Positions 61,466 through 64,000 of a DNA stretch of 64,000 nt are shown here, piece after piece. Position 1 is the stretch's first letter. The number at the start of each line of letters is the position of its first letter. A program made the translations under genes and the position numbers. The DNA is taken from NCBI GenBank assembly GCA_963737445.1, contig CAVTSO010000001.1:398551-462550 (forward strand), in the 5' to 3' direction. The DNA comes from an uncultured Actinomycetes bacterium. Its GTDB lineage: Bacteria; Actinomycetota; Thermoleophilia; Gaiellales; JAICJC01. The notes under the pieces were generated by a model. The model was given only the letters and a program-made list of their open reading frames with translations, was not told the DNA's origin and made no database searches.

Positions 61466-61483
61466 CACCAAGCAAGGACGCCG

Positions 61484-61939
61484 ATGAGCGCCGACGTCGC
61501 CTTCGACGAATCGCCAACCGCAGCCAGGCGCGCGCCTCGCCGCCCGTTCACGACCGGCTCTGAGCGCGTCGCGATCGCGCTCGGCGGTGCACTTGGCGCC
61601 TACGCACGCGTCCTCGTCGATCAGGTGATCGGCCCGCCCGGACAGGGATGGCCATGGGCGACCTTCACCGCAAATACCGTCGGCGCGTTCCTACTCGGCT
61701 ACTTCACCGCCCGGCTCCTCGAGCGACTCCCACCATCGACATACCGCCGTCCGATGCTGGGTACAGGCTTCTGCGGAGCGCTGACCACCTTCTCGACACT
61801 GCAGTTCGAGCTCTTCAGTCTCCTGCAATCGGGGCGATACCTGCTGGCGACGGCCTACGCCGCGGCATCCGTGCTCGCCGGGTTCGCAGCCTTCCTGGGC
61901 GCGATATGGCTCGTGCGAAGGGCGCGGGTCTTGTGGTGA
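61484..61939 (+). CDS. crcB: fluoride channel subunit CrcB/Fluc (1 of 2)
   Basis: GGALGAYAR...WATFTANTVGAFLLG...GFCGALTTFSTL. Confidence 0.9.
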   Translation: MSADVAFDESPTAARRAPRRPFTTGSERVAIALGGALGAYARVLVDQVIGPPGQGWPWATFTANTVGAFLLGYFTARLLERLPPSTYRRPMLGTGFCGALTTFSTLQFELFSLLQSGRYLLATAYAAASVLAGFAAFLGAIWLVRRARVLW

Positions 61940-62307
61940 ACATCGCCACCTACGCGTGGCCGCTGATCGGCCTGGTCGGAGCGGTCGGAGCGACGCTTCG
62001 CGTCAGCGTCGACAACGCCGTCAAACGGCGCACCAGCGAGCGATTCCCCTTCGGCACGCTCGCCGTCAACCTCAGCGGAGCGCTCGCGCTCGGGATCATG
62101 CACGGCCTTGCCGCCCAGGGAACCATCGCACTCCTCATTGGGACGGCCGGCCTCGGCACCTACACAACCTTCTCCACCCTCGTCTTCGAAACCGAGCGAC
62201 TGCTCGAAGAAGGAGACCGACTCCTGGCCGGAGCGAACCTCCTGGGATCGATGATCCTCGGCCTGGACGCCGCGGCCCTGGGCTGGGCACTCGGACACGC
62301 TCTATGA
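61936..62307 (+). CDS. crcB: fluoride channel subunit CrcB/Fluc (2 of 2)
   Basis: GTG 61936 overlaps the previous stop (GTGA). GAVGATLR...FGTLAVNLSGALALG...GLGTYTTFSTL. Confidence 0.9.
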   Translation: MNIATYAWPLIGLVGAVGATLRVSVDNAVKRRTSERFPFGTLAVNLSGALALGIMHGLAAQGTIALLIGTAGLGTYTTFSTLVFETERLLEEGDRLLAGANLLGSMILGLDAAALGWALGHAL

Positions 62308-62507
62308 GCCGACGCAACCGCGACAACGGCACCACATGGCGCCACCTCATCGCCCTCGCCGGCTGGTGGGGAGTGGCCATCGGCGTCGCCGGGCTGATCT
62401 GGCACCGCAGCCTCTACCCACTCTGGATCGCCCTGATCGCCTTCGGGCTCGCCGGAGCCCCGCGACCCATCCTCGACTGGATCAGGGAACACAGGCGGAA
62501 GCAATGA
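62304..62507 (+). CDS. 67-aa two-TM membrane protein translationally coupled to crcB
   Basis: The ATG overlaps the crcB2 stop (ATGA). MSRRNRDNGTTWRHLIALAGWWGVAIGVAGLIWHRSLYPLWIALIAFGLAG... Confidence 0.45.
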   Translation: MSRRNRDNGTTWRHLIALAGWWGVAIGVAGLIWHRSLYPLWIALIAFGLAGAPRPILDWIREHRRKQ

Positions 62508-62614
62508 GTTGAGCACGGGCCTCGGAAAGGGGGCAGCCGGTCGCCTCACGGAGGGCGGTTGGGGACGCAGACCTCGACCCGCATCCATGCTGGCAAATAC
62601 TGATCATCTTCGAT

Positions 62615-62977
62615 ATGCTGACGGAGATGAAGCGACTGCCGACGATCAACTGCTGCACGCCGCTTGCCGGTTCCTCACTGTCCGATGGCGAGGCGGTGGA
62701 GTTGGAGCGCCTGTTTCGGGTTCTCGGTGATCGCCACCGGCTTCGGATCTTGAACATCCTGTTGCGAGCGGGCGGCCAGGCGGTGTGCGTGTGCGAGTTC
62801 ACCGATCAGATCGGTCTTGCTCAACCCACCGTCAGCTACCACCTCAAGCAGCTGACTGAGGCGGGGCTGCTCGAGCGTGAGAAGCGGGGCACCTTCGCCT
62901 ACTTCCGCGTTCGGGCGGAGGCGATGGAGCAGCTGCAGAGCCTGGTCGAGCCGGCTGCGCTGGCAAAGGCCGGGTAG
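62615..62977 (+). CDS. arsR: ArsR-family metalloregulator
   Basis: LGDRHRLRILNILLRAGGQAVCVCEFTDQIGLAQPTVSYHLKQL, including the CVC metalloid-binding motif. Confidence 0.85.
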   Translation: MLTEMKRLPTINCCTPLAGSSLSDGEAVELERLFRVLGDRHRLRILNILLRAGGQAVCVCEFTDQIGLAQPTVSYHLKQLTEAGLLEREKRGTFAYFRVRAEAMEQLQSLVEPAALAKAG

Positions 62978-63060
62978 CCGGTGGCCGGGCATCTTGGATC
63001 GAGCCGTTTCGCGAGATCGGCACGACCGTGAGCCAGGTGCCCAGCGACTGGAGGTGAGCG

Positions 63061-63678
63061 ATGAAGTACGTCCTGTTTGTGTGCACCCACAACGCCGGCC
63101 GCTCCCAGATGGCGCAGGCGCTCTGGCGCAAGTACGCACCCGGTGACGTGCGCGCCGAATCGGCTGGTCAGACGCCGGCCGAGGCACCGTGGCCAGAGGT
63201 GGTCGAGGTGATGCGTGAGGTCGGCATCGACATCTCCAATCAACGGCCGAAGCGACTTGACCTGGAGATGCAGCTGCACGCCGACTGGGCGATCACGCTT
63301 GGGTGCGGCGGCGCCTGCCCTTACGTTCCCGCGCACGTCGAGGACTGGGAGATCCCCGATCCGCGGGGCGCGAGCATCGAGGCGGTGCGGCGGATCCGAG
63401 ACGACCTCGACCGCCGCGTGCGCGACTTCATCGACACTCGGCTGGACGCGGTGCGCGCGGATCGCACCGCGCACGAGATGCGGCTGGCGCGGATGCTGCC
63501 CGACCTCGACCGCGAGTTTGGAGACACCCACCCGGCCGAGGAGATCCGCGGCTGCGCCGACGCCATCCTTTCGCGCTACGACGACGCACCGGTCCGCTCG
63601 ATGGTGCAGACGATCGCCTTCCGCGAGGTCCGCGAGTGCCTACGCGCCAACCGATGCGCCGCCGTGACGGCCGCCTAG
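63061..63678 (+). CDS. arsC: arsenate reductase, LMW-PTP type, with C-terminal helical extension
   Basis: [17 protein letters not shown] is the CX5R(S) P-loop. [10 protein letters not shown] is also present. About 70 extra C-terminal residues follow. Confidence 0.8.
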   Translation: MKYVLFVCTHNAGRSQMAQALWRKYAPGDVRAESAGQTPAEAPWPEVVEVMREVGIDISNQRPKRLDLEMQLHADWAITLGCGGACPYVPAHVEDWEIPDPRGASIEAVRRIRDDLDRRVRDFIDTRLDAVRADRTAHEMRLARMLPDLDREFGDTHPAEEIRGCADAILSRYDDAPVRSMVQTIAFREVRECLRANRCAAVTAA

Positions 63679-63736
63679 CGATGCCCACTCGTCACCGTAC
63701 GAGCGCCCCCTCGCCGACGCGAGTCGAGGAAGCCCT

Positions 63737-64000
63737 GTGAACGACTCGCCGCCCTCCCCGGACGGTGACCGCTCGACCGCCGCGGTGGCTCGGGCGCGGG
63801 TTGGGATCAATGGGTTTGGTCGCATGGGACGGCTCGCGCTGCGCGCCGCGTGGGGATCGCCAGAGCTCGACTTCTGCCACATCAACGAGCTCCACGGCGA
63901 CGCTGATACCGCCGCGCACCTGCTCGTGTTCGACTCGGTGCACGGGCGCTGGCCGCATGATGCGCGTGGCGCGACCGAAGGGCTGGTGATCGACCAAGAG
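63737..64000 (+). CDS. gap: glyceraldehyde-3-phosphate dehydrogenase (ars-cluster type), N-terminal part, runs off window end
   Basis: GTG 63737. [18 protein letters not shown]...[22 protein letters not shown]. Confidence 0.8.
   Translation, partial: MNDSPPSPDGDRSTAAVARARVGINGFGRMGRLALRAAWGSPELDFCHINELHGDADTAAHLLVFDSVHGRWPHDARGATEGLVIDQE

Overview
High-GC (about 70%) actinobacterium-like chromosomal window. I found about 75 genes, one IS element, two riboswitches and an unusually large number of frame-disrupted genes. All calls rest on my own reading of the ORF-track translations and the DNA; no searches were run, and start codons are approximate.

Layout:
- 1-2.9 kb: Calvin-cycle operon cbbL-cbbS-prk, with divergent cbbR.
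- 3-31 kb: housekeeping and accessory genes. These include P5C dehydrogenase, a CBS protein, an IS481-family element with a GCTAGC target duplication, a TOPRIM protein, cspA, a 1022-aa helicase, an acyl-CoA dehydrogenase, a STAS/PP2C module, an ECF sigma factor, a PLP decarboxylase fused to a cNMP-binding domain, and a TetR-MFS pair.
- 31.7-40.4 kb: eight redox/detoxification genes that can only be translated with repeated frame switches. They are interleaved with intact genes.
- 40-47 kb: SDR, Rieske oxygenase and TetR genes, plus a GntR-ABC operon.
- 47.0-47.85 kb: lower-GC non-coding scar carrying a tRNA 3'-end-like fragment.
- 62.6-64 kb: ars genes (arsR, arsC, gap).

The most interesting locus is 48.4-62.5 kb. 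Two fluoride-riboswitch (crcB-motif) aptamers face away from each other.
- The minus-strand copy heads a translationally coupled pair of MutS-domain-V-only ATPases, followed by a truncated MFS gene.
- The plus-strand copy heads a roughly 10 kb tightly packed unit. It encodes a triple-DUF190 protein, a five-gene group-4-hydrogenase/complex-I-like membrane complex that has lost all Ni-Fe ligands and most Fe-S ligands, a universal stress protein, two CrcB subunits and a small membrane protein.
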